NCBI GenBank assembly: GCA_043228905.1
Contig: JBHGNT010000004.1
Span: 25,544,001 to 25,608,000, forward strand
Source: Azolla caroliniana
Taxonomy: Eukaryota > Plantae > Polypodiophyta
Reading direction: 5' to 3'
DNA length: 64,000 bases
Both the position numbers and the translations under genes were made by a program. This document shows, piece by piece, positions 62,273-64,000 of this stretch. The notes below the pieces were generated by a model that was not told the DNA's origin, ran no database searches, and worked only from the letters and a program-made list of their open reading frames with translations. The first letter of the stretch is position 1, and each line of letters opens with the position of its first letter.

Positions 62273-64000
62273 ACTTGACATGTTTATGGAGGATATGTGA
62301 GTTTCCTTAAATGTGATATAAATATGCCTATAAACACTTTAGTCAACAAGGCAAACAATGCTTGTGAGGATGGCATGGGTCCCAAACATATTTATGGAGT
62401 ACGTAGGTCCTATTCAATGTGGTATTGACATTAGGATGTAACCATATTGACGTCTCAATGGAAGATCCCTTGAGAAAACATAAGTTGTTTGATCGGATAT
62501 GTAAATATAGAAATTGAACACTTACTAACTATAGTTGAACATGGCTTATACTTTGTTCTATAGGATAACTAGCTAGTTTGCTTGTGTGGGCCTGTTGAAG
62601 GGGCAATTAAAGAAGATGGATGAGCTATTTTTCTCCACAAAAATAGATTTCAAAAAGACATTTCAAACCAAGATTCCCAAAATAATTGATTGCATTCATT
62701 GAAAATTGATGCAAAAGTCTTTCTAAACTCTACATCCATTTGCGTACACAATTTTAGAATCTAATGATCGATTTTATTCCTAAAAAAACATGTTAAATAC
62801 TTAACTTTATAAATGTAAAACCATCTCACAACCATTACGCTTCATGAGTGGCCAATTTTATTACCTTATACATGAAACAAGTTTCGCAAATATTTTCACG
62901 TTTTGTGTTAGAACTAGATATTACCTTGTGCACCAAAGTTAATCTCACATTTCAGAAAGTGCATGTTTCAGACCCTTGAGACCTTGAACAAATTGTCATT
63001 AGTATTTCACCCTTAAACTAATGGCCAAAAGAGATCGGGTAGATCAAATCCTCAAGAAATATCTGTCTTGGATGATAACTTATCCATAAGATTATGAGAA
63101 GATCGAATTGTTAATATAGATGAGGCAAACCACACGAAGATCTTAGGGCGCGACCTTCAAAGTGAATACGCATGTGATTTGAGATATGAGCAATGGGGCA
63201 AGAATAAAACAAGAGAACGAGTGACATGATGTAAGACAAAATGTTGATGATTCTATGCAATGACTAATGTTAATATTCTTGAGATCAACTATGGTAAAAC
63301 TTGCCTTTATACATTTCAACATGGATTTCATGATTGGACCTTACAACTATACAATTACTAAGACTTACACCCAGTTTTTATCCCTTACGTTAACTAAAAG
63401 TGACAATTGGTATCATAGGATACGAGTGTTGGCAAAATTTGGGGTAGCCCAAAAATGATCACATAGAAGTAAAGATGTGAATGATGAATAATTTCATCCA
63501 AAAGCTAGAAAAAATTATCATTAAACACTACTTTGAGATCTACTTGGTAAAGTATTACCTTTAACACCTATAATTGTAGGATACTTAGGATACAGTACAC
63601 GTAGATTAAGTATGTTAGGTTGTCGGTATTGTCAAAGTATTCTACTTTTTTAAAATACTTAGATGATGTATTCTACCGATAATATATGTTAATTAATACA
63701 TGTAGAATATGTTAAAAATGCAGAATACATTAAATACTTCTTAAAAAATTTTGAGACATTACAAATTTGTTAAATATGTAAAATTCGAGAAACATTTTAA
63801 AATGGTTATTCTAAAATGTAGAGTACATATAGAATACTTTGGGGTATTCTAAAAAGTATTATAGACATAAAATACTCCTCCAACAAATAACTTTCATGGT
63901 TACATAGTTTAATGTGGATCAAGTATCCCATTATTGCATGTGAGGAAAATTGTTTTTGTAAGTCAGCCAATTGCAAAAGGTTAATATAGCTTAGGGCGTA

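Overview
Land-plant nuclear DNA: AT-rich, with GT-AG introns and many retroelements. A non-flowering plant such as a fern is plausible but cannot be proven from the sequence. Six host genes are supportable: a 3-exon SHAQKxF-class 1R-MYB (3107-5395 +), an Arg/Glu-rich 2S-albumin-like storage protein (about 9.2/9.5-10.15 kb -) with an RY/ABRE/G-box promoter, an intronless RING-H2 protein (15651-16619 +), an intronless P-class PPR (29831-30922 +), a 4-exon Tubby-like F-box protein (38247-41255 +) and an intronless VQ-motif protein (61367-62272 +). Transposon content includes a degenerate full-length Ty1/copia (21623-27736) carrying two nested solo LTRs, and a 5'-truncated non-chromoviral Ty3/gypsy (46823-53918 -) with a large extra sense ORF after pol. 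That gypsy is fused back-to-back to a 5'-truncated copia (53919-57057 +). There are also two copies of a hAT-type MITE, LINE relics, microsatellites and many short local duplications. The two most notable items are (i) the 2S albumin, which has lost both cysteines of one canonical disulfide, gained an acidic/basic repeat insert with two new cysteines, and keeps a seed-maturation-type promoter, and (ii) the about 946-codon accessory ORF of the gypsy element, split only by two C-to-T nonsense codons. All coordinates were read by eye and no database searches were run.
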